Shown here piece after piece: positions 38,535 through 49,388 of a stretch of 64,000 nucleotides of DNA. The position numbers and the translations under genes are program-made. Source of the DNA: an uncultured Gammaproteobacteria bacterium (GTDB lineage Bacteria > Patescibacteriota > Microgenomatia > Levybacterales > GWA1-39-11); NCBI GenBank assembly GCA_964427615.1, contig CAYRUR010000002.1:17847-81846 (forward strand). The letters run 5' to 3'. The first letter of the stretch is position 1. Every line of letters starts with the position of its first letter. The notes under the pieces were generated by a model. The model was not told where the DNA came from and did no database searches. It was given only the letters and a program-made list of their open reading frames with translations.

Positions 38535-39824
38535 TTATTTCTTCAATAATTCCTGAATAGCAGCATTGAGTTGATTATCATAGGTCATCTGAGCACTTTT
38601 TGAAGCATCAAATTTCACTTCCAAATCAGGTTTTAATCCCTCTTTATGCACCCACGTACCGTTTGGAGTTAACCACTTTGCAATAGAAATGTGTACACTA
38701 GCGCCATTCTCTACATCAACTGCTTGCTGAATCGTTCCTTTTCCAAAACTCTTTTCACCAAGAAGCGTTGCTCGTTCATGATCTCTCAATGCACCTGATA
38801 CAATTTCAGAAGCAGAAGCAGAACCACCATTTATCAGTACAATAAGCGGATAATCAAGCAAAAGACCTTCTCGTTCCACTGACATCTTCAGCACTTCTCC
38901 TTCACCATTCTCCTGCATTACCACCACATTTCCCTTCTTTAAGAATTCTGAGGCAATAAATACAGCATCAGTCATGTATCCCCCAGGATTGTTACGAAGA
39001 TCTAAGATAACTCCCTTAAAATCTTGTGAAGCTCTCATCTGAGGATAAAGTTTGTTAATATGAGTAATCCATTCATTATTTGTTCTATCACCAAATTGAG
39101 AAAGTCTTACATAAGCAACACTTCCCTGCCCCTCTCCTTTTTTCGCATCAGCACACTTTTCATCATTACAATTGATTTCCTTTATCCAAGAACGTACAGA
39201 ATCGATTTTGATAACATCTCGTTTTATTTTGATATCAACAGGAGCTTTAGCTTCTTTATGTAGAATTGATAAGGTTACGGTACTCCCTTTTGGACCTCTA
39301 ATGGTATCAACTGCTTTATCAAGAGTCCAACCAAAGGTCTCTTTCCCATCAACTTTCAAAATAAGATCCCCATTTTGAATGCCAGCAGCCTTTGCTGGAG
39401 ATCCATCAAGGGGAGCAATGATCATAATGCGATTTTCGGGTGACATACTCAGCTCAGCTCCTATCCCACTGAATTCACCTGCAAGTTGCGTTTTGAAATC
39501 TTTATTTTCTTTTGGAGGGAAAAAAGAAGTATATGGATCATCAAGGCTAGAAAGCATACCTTGAATAGCTCCATATAGCAATTTTTGAGAATCTATTTTG
39601 CTTTTATCATAATAATCTCTCTCGACTCTTGCCAAAACGTCATAAAAAAGACCCATATCAAGATTCTGACCTGGAGGAGGATTTTTTGACTGAACATCAA
39701 CAATAGGCTGATAATTTTTCCAGGCAAAAGCAATCTTGTTGGTACCAAAAAAGTATCCACCTAGGATAGCTATTGCAATGACAAGCAAAAGCTGGAAAAC
39801 ATTGAGAGAAAGTTTTTTCTTCAT
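38535..39824 (-). CDS. S41 C-terminal processing protease with PDZ domain
   Basis: LDDPY, DLRNNPGG, SASASEI and GKG motifs. Confidence 0.95.
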   Translation of the reverse strand: MKKKLSLNVFQLLLVIAIAILGGYFFGTNKIAFAWKNYQPIVDVQSKNPPPGQNLDMGLFYDVLARVERDYYDKSKIDSQKLLYGAIQGMLSSLDDPYTSFFPPKENKDFKTQLAGEFSGIGAELSMSPENRIMIIAPLDGSPAKAAGIQNGDLILKVDGKETFGWTLDKAVDTIRGPKGSTVTLSILHKEAKAPVDIKIKRDVIKIDSVRSWIKEINCNDEKCADAKKGEGQGSVAYVRLSQFGDRTNNEWITHINKLYPQMRASQDFKGVILDLRNNPGGYMTDAVFIASEFLKKGNVVVMQENGEGEVLKMSVEREGLLLDYPLIVLINGGSASASEIVSGALRDHERATLLGEKSFGKGTIQQAVDVENGASVHISIAKWLTPNGTWVHKEGLKPDLEVKFDASKSAQMTYDNQLNAAIQELLKK

Positions 39825-40057
39825 TACTCAGGCTTTACAGTGTAGGGCAATAATGCCAGATAGCGAGCCCTTTTAATTGCGGTTGTCAGCTTTCTTTGAT
39901 TTTTTGCAGAAAGTCCTGTACGAGAACGAGGTAGTATTTTACCTCTTTCACTTACAAATTTTGTCAACAACTCATATTCCAGAAAATCTGGTTCTTTATC
40001 TTTGTAAATAGTATCTACTTTTTGTTCTTGTTTTGCTGTTCTTCGTGTTGTTCTCAT
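39824..40057 (-). CDS. rpsR: 30S ribosomal protein S18
   Basis: [12 protein letters not shown]...AIKRAR.LALLPY; rpsF-ssb-rpsR order. Confidence 0.97.
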   Translation of the reverse strand: MRTTRRTAKQEQKVDTIYKDKEPDFLEYELLTKFVSERGKILPRSRTGLSAKNQRKLTTAIKRARYLALLPYTVKPE

Positions 40058-40072
40058 AAGTATCTATTAAAA

Positions 40073-40555
40073 TTAAAATGGAATATCATCAAGACTTATA
40101 TCTTCTGACTCATCTGATTTTGCCATCTTTTCCTTTTTTTCTCTTTTTTCGCCTTCTTCTCTTGGAGATTCCTCTTCAGCAGTATCTTCTGCTACGTATT
40201 CACCATCATCTCCAGCCCCTTTCTTGCTATCTAAAATCAACATATCGTTGATAATAATCTCTGTTGTTGTCCTTTGTGCTCCATCCTGTCCAGTCCAATT
40301 TCGAGTAGAGATTCTTCCTTCAACATATACTTTTCTTCCTTTTGTTAACAGTTGTGAACATAGCTCAGCTAATTTATTCCAAGCTACAATTCTATGGAAT
40401 TCAGTATCTTCCTTCTTTTCTCCTGAATCCGTAGTCCATCCACGATTGGTAGCAATACCAAACGTACAAACCGCAGTACCCTGTGGTGTGTATCTTAACT
40501 CTGGATCACGTGTTAAATTACCAATTAACTCTACTCTATTTAAACTTCTTGCCAT
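40073..40555 (-). CDS. ssb: Single-stranded DNA-binding protein
   Basis: LIGNLTRDPELR N-terminus and DDIPF C-terminus. Confidence 0.98.
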   Translation of the reverse strand: MARSLNRVELIGNLTRDPELRYTPQGTAVCTFGIATNRGWTTDSGEKKEDTEFHRIVAWNKLAELCSQLLTKGRKVYVEGRISTRNWTGQDGAQRTTTEIIINDMLILDSKKGAGDDGEYVAEDTAEEESPREEGEKREKKEKMAKSDESEDISLDDIPF

Positions 40556-40556
40556 A

Positions 40557-40829
40557 TTAGTCTCTTATTAATAAATGTCTTAAGACAGATTCCTGTAACT
40601 GAACCTTCTTTTCTAGGTCATCTGCTACTTTCTCAGATGTAAAACTGTACAGTACATAATCTCCTTTTTTCTCTCGGTTAATTGGATAAGCAAGCTTTTT
40701 TTCACCGAGCTCTTTTATTTCACCCTTTTCTACTTCTCCAGCCCATTTCTGGACGTCATCCAAGAGTGTTTTCTTTTTTTCTTTTGACAATTCACTTTTT
40801 AAAAGTAATACCAATCTATAATTTCTCAT
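40557..40829 (-). CDS. rpsF: 30S ribosomal protein S6
   Basis: MRNY...GEKKLAYPI...VLRHL; operon position. Confidence 0.93.
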   Translation of the reverse strand: MRNYRLVLLLKSELSKEKKKTLLDDVQKWAGEVEKGEIKELGEKKLAYPINREKKGDYVLYSFTSEKVADDLEKKVQLQESVLRHLLIRD

Positions 40830-40907
40830 ATATAAATGCAAATTAGTTTCTCCTTATGATACAAAACAACACCTAAAAATACAAGAGCTAATTTGCAATG
40901 ACCAAAA

Positions 40908-41070
40908 GTGAGTATTAAGTATTACTGAAAACTTAAATCGCAAAACGAAAAGCGCAAAACTAAAACGTAAATCTAAAAATTATTCTAGCAACTATAAATT
41001 CTTAATTCCTGATTCATAATTCTTAATTCATTTCTCTAACCCGTTAACTAACTCTAATAACTAATCCCTT
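40908..41070. repeat. Mosaic of 7-mer tracts
   Basis: AAGTATT, CAAAACG-type, TAATTCT and TAACTCT/TAATCCC tracts. Confidence 0.7.
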
Positions 41071-41118
41071 CCTTATTGATTGACAGTGAAGCCAGAGAGG
41101 AATACAATAAAACTACAG

Positions 41119-42285
41119 ATGGCTATGAAAAGGATGATGATACTCTTAGTAGTACTTATCGGCATACTTGCCGTTATCCAATATGCGCCTCTTGTGTCAA
41201 ATATCTTCCAACAGAATGCTCCGCTTCCCCCTCTTTTTGAAGAACAGCAACCAAACAATACAGGTAATGTTGATGGGACACAGGGAGTCGTTGCAACAGT
41301 CAAAAAAGTAGGACCTGCAGTCGTTACCATTGGGGTAGAATCAAAACCGCAAACCACTACGCCCTTTGAAGATGATCCCTTTTCTTTCTTTTTTGGTCCG
41401 CCTATTCCACCACCCTCTGATACCACTCCCACTGAAGAATATATAGGGTCTGGTTTTATTATTCAAAAAGATGGGCTCATAGTTACTAATAAACACGTTG
41501 TCTCTGACCCTAATACCACCTATTTTATAGTTGATAATAAAGGCAATAAATTTAACATCAGCAAAATATACAGAGATCCTTTAAATGATATCGCCATGCT
41601 GAGCGTTGATAATGCGCCTCTTGGTGGTTTTCCCGTTGCACAATTAGGTGATTCTTCAAATCTGGAAGTCGGCCAATTTGTCATAGCTATCGGTACAGCC
41701 TTGGGAGAGTTCAGAAATACCGTAACCACAGGGGTTATTTCAGGTCTTGGCAGAGGTATTACGGCAGGCAGTCCTCTTGCTGGATTTGTAGAGAGACTTG
41801 ATAATGTTATCCAAACAGATGCGGCAATCAATCCGGGTAATTCAGGAGGACCACTCCTGAATGCATCAGGACAAGTTATTGGGGTAAATACCGCAGTAGC
41901 CAGTCAAGGAGAAAACATCGGATTTGCGATTCCTATTAATGCTATTAAAGAGTCTCTCAGAAATTTTAATGAAACTGGTCAATTTAATCGTGCATTTTTA
42001 GGGGTATCCTACTCTATGATCAACCCTCGTACAGCCCAACTCAATGATGTACCACAAGGTGCATTAGTACGAGAGGTTATTCCTGACTCTGCAGCTGCTA
42101 AAGCTGGTATCCAGGTAGGAGATATCATCACCAAAATGGAAGGTCAAGAACTCACAGATGAAGAAGGAGGTATCGCAGCTATTATTGCGAAGAAAAAAAT
42201 AGGAGACACCCTTTCTCTTACAGTATTTCGAGACAATAAATCTATAGAGCTTAAAGCTACTCTCGGACCAGCTCCAAATCAGTAA
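41119..42285 (+). CDS. HtrA/DegP-like serine protease with PDZ domain
   Basis: GSGFI, TNKHV and QTDAAINPGNSGGPL motifs. Confidence 0.96.
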   Translation: MAMKRMMILLVVLIGILAVIQYAPLVSNIFQQNAPLPPLFEEQQPNNTGNVDGTQGVVATVKKVGPAVVTIGVESKPQTTTPFEDDPFSFFFGPPIPPPSDTTPTEEYIGSGFIIQKDGLIVTNKHVVSDPNTTYFIVDNKGNKFNISKIYRDPLNDIAMLSVDNAPLGGFPVAQLGDSSNLEVGQFVIAIGTALGEFRNTVTTGVISGLGRGITAGSPLAGFVERLDNVIQTDAAINPGNSGGPLLNASGQVIGVNTAVASQGENIGFAIPINAIKESLRNFNETGQFNRAFLGVSYSMINPRTAQLNDVPQGALVREVIPDSAAAKAGIQVGDIITKMEGQELTDEEGGIAAIIAKKKIGDTLSLTVFRDNKSIELKATLGPAPNQ

Positions 42286-43501
42286 TAGCAGACGATACCG
42301 CTGTATGAGCTGCTAAATACATGGCCATATTCCATGACTGATTTGCGACACCCATAGGCGTTCCATGCTGTCCATGTAAATACTCGTTAAATTCCCAGCC
42401 AAACAGCTTGTTAGCTTCTGCAAGACGTATCAGTTCTTTTTGTGCTAATTCTTTATCAGATTGTGCAAGCCACATTACCCAAAATCCTCCAATAAATGGC
42501 CAAATACCTCCATTATGATACTGCCAAGGATAATTTTGCCTTCCTTTTGTCATATACTCTTTAAAATCCTGCTCTCCTGGATAAATAGGAGGATACATTG
42601 CCTTTACAGGATATGGTAAATTGGTACCCGAACGCAAAATAAAGTCGGTGATGAGTTTTGCTTGTCCTTTATCTGCTAATCCTACGAGACACGCTAAAAT
42701 ATTACCAAAGACCTCACACCGCATCTCAAAGTCTTTATGAGATACGTAACCAATGTAATATGGTAAATACACTGCCTTTGTGTTGATATACTCTATCCAT
42801 TGTTTTGCATGACGAGATGTCTGAGTGTAACTATTATCAGGAATGTAGGAAAAGTTACTACTGGTGCCTTTACGTATCCAAAAAAGCGTGTTAAAAGCAG
42901 TATGAATTTTCTGTAAAAGAGGTTCCAAATCATGACGTCTTTCTACCTCAATACGCAATTTTACGAGCCAATACCAGATAGCATTGGTATACAAAACGGT
43001 CCCTCTGCGAGGCATTTCATCTGCCCAATCAGCAGCTTCACCTTGTTCTAATAAATTATCATTATTAACGTCTTGATATGAAAGCCAAATAAATGCTTTT
43101 TCTAATTGTTCTTTATATTGGCTATAAAAATGTTCATCTTTTGTCTGGTCTACATATTGCAAAACCGCTATACTCCACCAGATGGTTCCATCAATAGAAC
43201 CGCTACTCCTCCACTGCACCTCTTTTTTTTCTGGTTTGTAGTCAAAAGGAATTTGCCCATTGGCAGCTTGTGCTTCTGCTAGTGTAGCAAGCGATGTTTT
43301 TAAGACCTGTATTAACTCCTCATTTTTTGATGCAAGTATCCCCAGAGAAGAGACACCAATATCACGGGTTACCAATGCATCGTAGTTTTTTTTTGTTCCT
43401 TCAGAGTTAGCAGAGGCTGCTATAAGTCCAAATTTGGTACTATTTTGCAGCAGTTTTTGTATTGCTTTTGCATAACACTCAGAAGTTATCTGTGGTTGCA
43501 T
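42257..43501 (-). CDS. (alpha/alpha)6 glycoside hydrolase (GH100 invertase / glycogen-debranching-like)
   Basis: TRD, DWAD and YHNGGIWP motifs, F.EY...G.P.G...QSW C-terminus. Confidence 0.8.
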   Translation of the reverse strand: MQPQITSECYAKAIQKLLQNSTKFGLIAASANSEGTKKNYDALVTRDIGVSSLGILASKNEELIQVLKTSLATLAEAQAANGQIPFDYKPEKKEVQWRSSGSIDGTIWWSIAVLQYVDQTKDEHFYSQYKEQLEKAFIWLSYQDVNNDNLLEQGEAADWADEMPRRGTVLYTNAIWYWLVKLRIEVERRHDLEPLLQKIHTAFNTLFWIRKGTSSNFSYIPDNSYTQTSRHAKQWIEYINTKAVYLPYYIGYVSHKDFEMRCEVFGNILACLVGLADKGQAKLITDFILRSGTNLPYPVKAMYPPIYPGEQDFKEYMTKGRQNYPWQYHNGGIWPFIGGFWVMWLAQSDKELAQKELIRLAEANKLFGWEFNEYLHGQHGTPMGVANQSWNMAMYLAAHTAVSSAITDLELVRE

Positions 43502-43625
43502 ATCTTTTATCTATACTAACAAAAAAGCTTCTGTATGGTAAGTAGCAATTATCTTTCTTTTTTTCTCGACAATTACCGTATTATAAGATTGCTCTTTTAC
43601 TTTTTTTTACATATAATAGCCTTAC

Positions 43626-44918
43626 ATGCACCAACCGGTTATTGAGTCGTTGTATCCTTTAACCTTTAGAAAAAAAGATGCTTCATTATTAGGAGAACAT
43701 ATACGACTGCGCCATAGTGTAGAACTGGTAGGAGTAAAACGAGTAGGTATCAGCAATTTCTTACGCTTTTTCCTGTATCATCCACAAATAGTAAAAATAT
43801 ACATAGGACAAAAAAATCATCTCTTTATTCCCGTAGACCTTAACGACTTAATAGAAAGAGAAATCGTACCTTTCTGGACACTTACGTTTAAAAGAATGGT
43901 TGATGTGGTAGAAAAATCTACTCTAGACCCTACTATAAAACAAGCTATTTCTTCCCGATTTTTAGCAAGTATTCAAGCCCAAGATCATTTTTTAACTATG
44001 GAAAACATCCGAAGCTCTTTGATAGAGATGGTAAACGCGGGATTTTTCCCTACGCTGTTTTTACTACGATTTGACAGAATACAAGAAGCAGTTACCCCGG
44101 AGTTTTTTGATAATTTACAAGGACTACTTGATGCCACAGGACAAAATATGTCATATGTATTTACCAGTTTTCGCCCACTTGACCAAATTGCTCCTGTTGT
44201 TTTTCCTAGAAAATCACTTTCAGGCTTTTCTCACATTATGTATCTCACGTCTGCTTCAAAAAAAGATATGCAAATTATTTTAGAAACATTACAAAAACGA
44301 TATAGTCTTAATCTTTCTCCTAAAACAGAAACCACAATGCTTGATCTTGCCGGAGGACACGTTCAGTATTTGCATTTTTTCCTAGTTGTTTTACATGAAT
44401 TGGGAAAAGATATTAAAAGTACTGAAGAACTTATATCCATGTTAGAACAAGATGAACGCATTACTTTACAATCAGAAGAAATTTGGGAAAGTCTGTATAA
44501 AGAAGAACAAGCAGTACTCACAAAAGTCCTGAACAAGAAAGCAATCACCCAAAAGGAAAAAGAAGAAGCCATGTATTTATGGAACACAGGCATTCTTACG
44601 AGTGATAACGAATTTTCCAGCCCACTTTTCAGATCTTATGTACAAAAAAGAACTGACTTTGTTGAGGAGGAGACTATTGAATTTTCTAAAAAAGAATATC
44701 TACTTTTCAATCTTTTGAAAGAACATATTAATTCTGTGTGTGATAGAGACACGATCATCGCCAGAGTGTGGCAGGAATATGAAGAAACAGATGTCTCAGA
44801 TTGGACGATTGATAGACTCATAGCACGCCTGAGAAATAAACTAAAACAACAAAAAAGCCCCTACTCTATTATCACGATTAGAACAAGAGGATATAAATTG
44901 GTGAGATCTGCGGAATGA
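43626..44918 (+). CDS. Degenerate P-loop NTPase with C-terminal OmpR-type winged helix
   Basis: GVKRVGIS Walker-A-like motif lacking Lys, AGGH, and IDRLIARLRNKL...ITIRTRGYKL C-terminus. Confidence 0.8.
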   Translation: MHQPVIESLYPLTFRKKDASLLGEHIRLRHSVELVGVKRVGISNFLRFFLYHPQIVKIYIGQKNHLFIPVDLNDLIEREIVPFWTLTFKRMVDVVEKSTLDPTIKQAISSRFLASIQAQDHFLTMENIRSSLIEMVNAGFFPTLFLLRFDRIQEAVTPEFFDNLQGLLDATGQNMSYVFTSFRPLDQIAPVVFPRKSLSGFSHIMYLTSASKKDMQIILETLQKRYSLNLSPKTETTMLDLAGGHVQYLHFFLVVLHELGKDIKSTEELISMLEQDERITLQSEEIWESLYKEEQAVLTKVLNKKAITQKEKEEAMYLWNTGILTSDNEFSSPLFRSYVQKRTDFVEEETIEFSKKEYLLFNLLKEHINSVCDRDTIIARVWQEYEETDVSDWTIDRLIARLRNKLKQQKSPYSIITIRTRGYKLVRSAE

Positions 44919-44920
44919 TA

Positions 44921-45094
44921 GTAAGAATTATGAATTAAGAAGCAAGAGTTAAGTGTTTACTTAAAATGCTAAGCACTAAATCCTAAATTCTAAATTTTTG
45001 CTTTCTGTTCTCTGCTTTCCATACTTAATACTTACTACTTAATACTTTATACTAATCTCAAACTCGTTAACTCTTCAACTCGCAACCCGTTAAC
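44921..45094. repeat. Mosaic of 7-mer tracts and AACTCGTT motif
   Basis: AGAATTA, AAATCCT, TCTGCTT and TACTTAA tracts; motif 45061-45094. Confidence 0.75.
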
Positions 45095-45145
45095 CAATTT
45101 CCCTCCTCTTGCATCTTCTCAGTAAATCTTGCATACTAAAACCAT

Positions 45146-45547
45146 ATGGCAGATGGTCAGGGAATTGTTGGCAATATTGCCGGAAAAGTCGCTGAAACAG
45201 GTAAAGGAATTGCTACTGGTATAAAAAGCGAATTAGAAGAAAGCATAAAAACTACCACTACTCAAATCAGTGGTTCTCAGCCCAATGACCAACAAATGGC
45301 ACAAGCTAAAGCCCAAGAAGAAGCAAAAAAACAGCAAAGATTGAATGCTATCCGTTCTCAACTCCATCAGGAAGCGCTCATGATGGGAGTGTCAGCCCCT
45401 ACTCCTCAAGAAACACCACAAGAAGAAGAGAAATCATCACCAGGACTTTCTGAATTAGGCTCGCTTAGATCAGGAGGTCCTAAAAGAAATGTACTCCTAG
45501 AACAAACCCAAACCAGACGTGAAACAGGACGCAATTTCAAAGGATAA
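45146..45547 (+). CDS. Hypothetical protein
   Basis: 133-aa Q/E-rich ORF; CATACT 8 nt upstream. Confidence 0.7.
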   Translation: MADGQGIVGNIAGKVAETGKGIATGIKSELEESIKTTTTQISGSQPNDQQMAQAKAQEEAKKQQRLNAIRSQLHQEALMMGVSAPTPQETPQEEEKSSPGLSELGSLRSGGPKRNVLLEQTQTRRETGRNFKG

Positions 45548-45626
45548 AGCCATACTCCATTTCCAAAATCCCACTATAAGCTCTCTGCTTGTGAAAATAG
45601 TGCAAAGATAGTATGATTATCCTATT

Positions 45627-46850
45627 ATGAAAACAAAAATTGAGCCAAGACTCTTAAAGGGATTCAGAGATTTTTTGCCTGAAAAAGCTCGTAAAAGACA
45701 GTATGTTATTAATACAGTAAGACAAGTATTTGAGTTTTATGGTTTTGAGCCGCTTGAGACCCCAACACTTGAGTATGAAGAAATCCTGGCAGGGAAGTAC
45801 GGTGAAGAAGGAGAAAAACTCATGTACCGCTTTCAAGATTCCGGAGACAGACGAGTTGCAATGCGTTATGACCAAACAGTGCCTTTGGCTCGTGTTGCTG
45901 CTCAATACAGAGAAACGCTTCCTCTCCCTTTCAAAAGATACCAAATCCAAAACGTTTTTAGAGCCGAAAATCCCCAAAAAGGACGCTTTCGGGAATTTCT
46001 ACAATGCGACATTGACATCGTAGGTATTAACTCTGCTCTTTCTGATGCAGAAATTTTGGCCACTGTTGCAGATACATACAGCGCGCTTGGATTTACTCAA
46101 TTCACAATTCTATTAAATGACAGAACAATTTTTGAAGGAATCCCTCCCGTAGCCATTACCATCATTGATAAATTGAAAAAAATAGGTGAAGACGCAGTCA
46201 AAACACAACTCAAAGAAAAAGGTCTTGATCCCGATCTCCTTGATACCATAAAACAAGCAAAACCCACCTCCCGAATTCAAGAAATAATGCGTATCCTTGC
46301 CAAACGAGGTATTGATAACAATCAAGTACGCTTTGAACCTACTCTTGCACGAGGACTTGATTACTACACGGGGGTTATTTTTGAGATAGAAATTGCAGGA
46401 TATACCGCCGGATCAGTTGGAGGAGGCGGAAGATATAATGAATTGCTTGGAATGTTCATGAACACTTCTTTGCCTGCTGTTGGTTTTGCCGTCGGCTTTG
46501 ACAGAACAGTAGAAGCCATGGAACAATTAGACCTTTTTCCAAAAGATCTTACTACTTCTCAAGTATTAGTTACTATATTTGACAAAACACTCACCGAAAA
46601 ATCACTGGAAATAGCCTACTTTTTGCGTTCTAGTGGTATCAATGCAGAAGTATATCTGGATGAAAATGCAAAAATGGAAAAACAACTCAAATACGCCAAT
46701 AAAAAAAATATTCCCTATGTAGTGATTATTGGACCAGACGAAGCAAATAAAAATGAGGCAACCATCAAAAACCTTACCACAGGACAACAAAAAACAATAC
46801 CTGAGGAGCAATTACTGGATGAAATAAGAACTGTTGGCGGAAAGGATTAA
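45627..46850 (+). CDS. hisS: Histidine--tRNA ligase
   Basis: GRFREFLQCD, RGLDYYTG and GGGRY motifs. Confidence 0.98.
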   Translation: MKTKIEPRLLKGFRDFLPEKARKRQYVINTVRQVFEFYGFEPLETPTLEYEEILAGKYGEEGEKLMYRFQDSGDRRVAMRYDQTVPLARVAAQYRETLPLPFKRYQIQNVFRAENPQKGRFREFLQCDIDIVGINSALSDAEILATVADTYSALGFTQFTILLNDRTIFEGIPPVAITIIDKLKKIGEDAVKTQLKEKGLDPDLLDTIKQAKPTSRIQEIMRILAKRGIDNNQVRFEPTLARGLDYYTGVIFEIEIAGYTAGSVGGGGRYNELLGMFMNTSLPAVGFAVGFDRTVEAMEQLDLFPKDLTTSQVLVTIFDKTLTEKSLEIAYFLRSSGINAEVYLDENAKMEKQLKYANKKNIPYVVIIGPDEANKNEATIKNLTTGQQKTIPEEQLLDEIRTVGGKD

Positions 46851-46875
46851 ATATAATTAAAAGCCTAATAGTAGG

Positions 46876-47343
46876 TTATTTTCCTCTAAAACGAGTTTGC
46901 AAATAACTTGATCCTGCCTCTACCACCTTCATCCTCCATGTATATGATTCATCTGAAAGAAACCTCCAATCGTAGTCTTCAAGTATCTCAAAAAAATCTT
47001 CTATATCTTCCTCCTCGCGTCCTTGAACACGGAAAAATGCTTCAAGCTGCAGCATCTCTCCCATGGAAATGGCCTCATCAGAAATCCCTAACTCATCTTT
47101 AAAGTAAGCCCTCATCCATTCAAATAACGCTGGATCTTCTACACTTATCAATCCTATCTCTCCAAATGCTGTGAGAATATCTTCTAATGGTTTATCCTCA
47201 GAAATCTTAAGATCTTCCAGCGTAATTCCTCGCACTTCGAGTGCTCTCGTAAGAGGAAAAGGGAAAATTCCTCTTTCATCATCTTCTGAGGTTTCTGTTT
47301 CGTCAAAAAATGACTCATCTATATAACGTGTGCCTTCTACCAT
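46876..47343 (-). CDS. Acidic hypothetical protein
   Basis: 155-aa E/D-rich ORF filling the hisS-rpmE gap. Confidence 0.65.
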   Translation of the reverse strand: MVEGTRYIDESFFDETETSEDDERGIFPFPLTRALEVRGITLEDLKISEDKPLEDILTAFGEIGLISVEDPALFEWMRAYFKDELGISDEAISMGEMLQLEAFFRVQGREEEDIEDFFEILEDYDWRFLSDESYTWRMKVVEAGSSYLQTRFRGK

Positions 47344-47403
47344 TTTTTACCTTTCCTTCCTACATATTGTAATAAGAAGCATTTTCGAGTATAATTGTAC
47401 CAT

Positions 47404-47694
47404 ATGAAAGCAGGAATACATCCAAAATACAATACAGAAGCGCAAGTTGTTTGCTCTTGTGGCAATATGTTTACTGTGGGTTCCACCCAAGATACTATTC
47501 ATGTTGAGCTTTGCGACAGGTGCCATCCTTTTTATACAGGTCAACAAAAATTTGTAGACACTGCTTCACGTATTGAGAAATTCCAAAAGAAAGCACAAGC
47601 TGCTCGCCCAATCGTGAAGAAAAAAGAAGAAAAAACAACAGAGCCTTCAAAACCTCTGACCCTCCGCGAGATGCTGCAAGGTCTTAAAAAATAA
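47404..47694 (+). CDS. rpmE: 50S ribosomal protein L31
   Basis: [13 protein letters not shown] and C..CHPFYTG motifs; C-terminal extension. Confidence 0.97.
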   Translation: MKAGIHPKYNTEAQVVCSCGNMFTVGSTQDTIHVELCDRCHPFYTGQQKFVDTASRIEKFQKKAQAARPIVKKKEEKTTEPSKPLTLREMLQGLKK

Positions 47695-47732
47695 CCGTAT
47701 CTCCCTATACATCACCTAAAGAGGGGCTTTCT

Positions 47733-48659
47733 ATGGAAAATAATCCTATTGCGCTACAGATAAAAGAAATTGATGAAAAAATACAAGAGGCACAACTCCT
47801 GTTACAAGACCCAGAGCTTGCTACCCTTGCTCAGGAAGAGCTGGCGAGTCTAAAAATACAAAAAGAAGGACTAGAAAAAGCGCTATCAGAATACAATACT
47901 TCATATGATCAAGGAGGTAAAAGCTCAGCAGGAGCTACCCTAGACCGAAAAAATGCTATTATTGAAGTAAAAGGTGCTGCCGGAGGAGATGAAGCAAAAA
48001 TTTGGGCAAAAGAATTACTGCGCATGTACACTCGCTATGCTGAAATTCACCATTTAAGATGCGAGATGTTAGATGAAAATACAATCAAAGTAATCGGAAA
48101 AGACGCCTTTAAAACATTTAAATACGAAGCTGGAGTACATCGGGTACAGCGTGTTCCGGACACTGAAAAACGCGGGAGAGTGCACACCTCCACCGCCATT
48201 GTATCTATTTTGCCAGAACTGGAAGACATAGATCTACATATCAGAAGTGAAGATATAGAATTTGAAGCATTCCGTGCAGGAGGACACGGAGGCCAAAACG
48301 TCAATAAAGTATCAACCGCAGTCAGACTCAAACATATTCCCACCGGTCTTGTCGTAACCTGTCAAAATGAGCGTTCTCAAAATCAAAATAGAGAGCTTGC
48401 TATGCAAGTCTTACGTGCTAAATTATGGGAGATGGAAATTGAAAAAAGAAATGAGATGGTCTCAGAGCTCAAGTCAACACAGGTAGGAAAAGGGATGCGC
48501 TCAGAAAAAATCAGAACATATAATTTCCCCCAAAGTAGAATAACAGATCATCGTATCAATACTTCTTATCACAATTTAGAAGAAGTTCTGGCTGGAAGTA
48601 TGGATAAAATGATTGAAGATTTACAAACGCACGAAAAAGAACAAGAAGAGAATGCCTAA
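47733..48659 (+). CDS. prfA: Peptide chain release factor 1 (short form)
   Basis: GGQ motif, PxT (VPDTE), [13 protein letters not shown]; follows rpmE. Confidence 0.92.
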   Translation: MENNPIALQIKEIDEKIQEAQLLLQDPELATLAQEELASLKIQKEGLEKALSEYNTSYDQGGKSSAGATLDRKNAIIEVKGAAGGDEAKIWAKELLRMYTRYAEIHHLRCEMLDENTIKVIGKDAFKTFKYEAGVHRVQRVPDTEKRGRVHTSTAIVSILPELEDIDLHIRSEDIEFEAFRAGGHGGQNVNKVSTAVRLKHIPTGLVVTCQNERSQNQNRELAMQVLRAKLWEMEIEKRNEMVSELKSTQVGKGMRSEKIRTYNFPQSRITDHRINTSYHNLEEVLAGSMDKMIEDLQTHEKEQEENA

Positions 48660-49315
48660 CGCACCTCTACTTTTACTGCTCCCACATTCTGACAACTAGT
48701 AAGCTGTTTCCATTCACCATCATATTTTGCTTTTTCATCAAATAATTCTTTCAAAGGATTGCCACTTTTTTTCTGATACATATATAAACTGCCATCCCAC
48801 ATACACATTACATCTCCAGGCCGAAATTGTCCATATACTCCTTGTAATTGATAAGAAGCAGCAACCACATATCCTGATTCAGAGGGCATATAGTAAAAAT
48901 CTTTAGTAGATGATCCTTTATATACTGCTCTTATAGCCCCTGTATACTCTCCTTTTCCTTCAATAATGTCAGCAACTGACAAAGACGTTATCGGATATTC
49001 TTTCGTGTAATAAACGGTGTACCAATTAGAATTAGGTACCTCCAAATGTACCGAAAGACCTTGACCTTTCTGGATAACAGAAGATTGTAACGTGACATTA
49101 ACAGTAGGAGGATTTGAGAAATCAACAACTTCCTGAGATGCTCGAGAGACTTGTTGATTTTGGTTACTGACTAAAAATAACGTAACAGGCAAAGACAACA
49201 GCATCAGCAGTGTTGTAGCATAAAAAAATGTCGTACCCGCACTCCCTTTCTGATTTTTAAAATAACTACTTCTATCTTCTAAAATAGATGTACAATTTTT
49301 GATAAAGCCAATCAT
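48656..49315 (-). CDS. Membrane-anchored hypothetical protein
   Basis: TM helix ending [10 protein letters not shown], then a beta-rich domain. Confidence 0.7.
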   Translation of the reverse strand: MIGFIKNCTSILEDRSSYFKNQKGSAGTTFFYATTLLMLLSLPVTLFLVSNQNQQVSRASQEVVDFSNPPTVNVTLQSSVIQKGQGLSVHLEVPNSNWYTVYYTKEYPITSLSVADIIEGKGEYTGAIRAVYKGSSTKDFYYMPSESGYVVAASYQLQGVYGQFRPGDVMCMWDGSLYMYQKKSGNPLKELFDEKAKYDGEWKQLTSCQNVGAVKVEVR

Positions 49316-49388
49316 TATAAGGACGTCTCTGCTTTAATCAAATCACTTCCACTTTAAAAAGTCAAGAAAGATGAGATCCTTGAATAGT

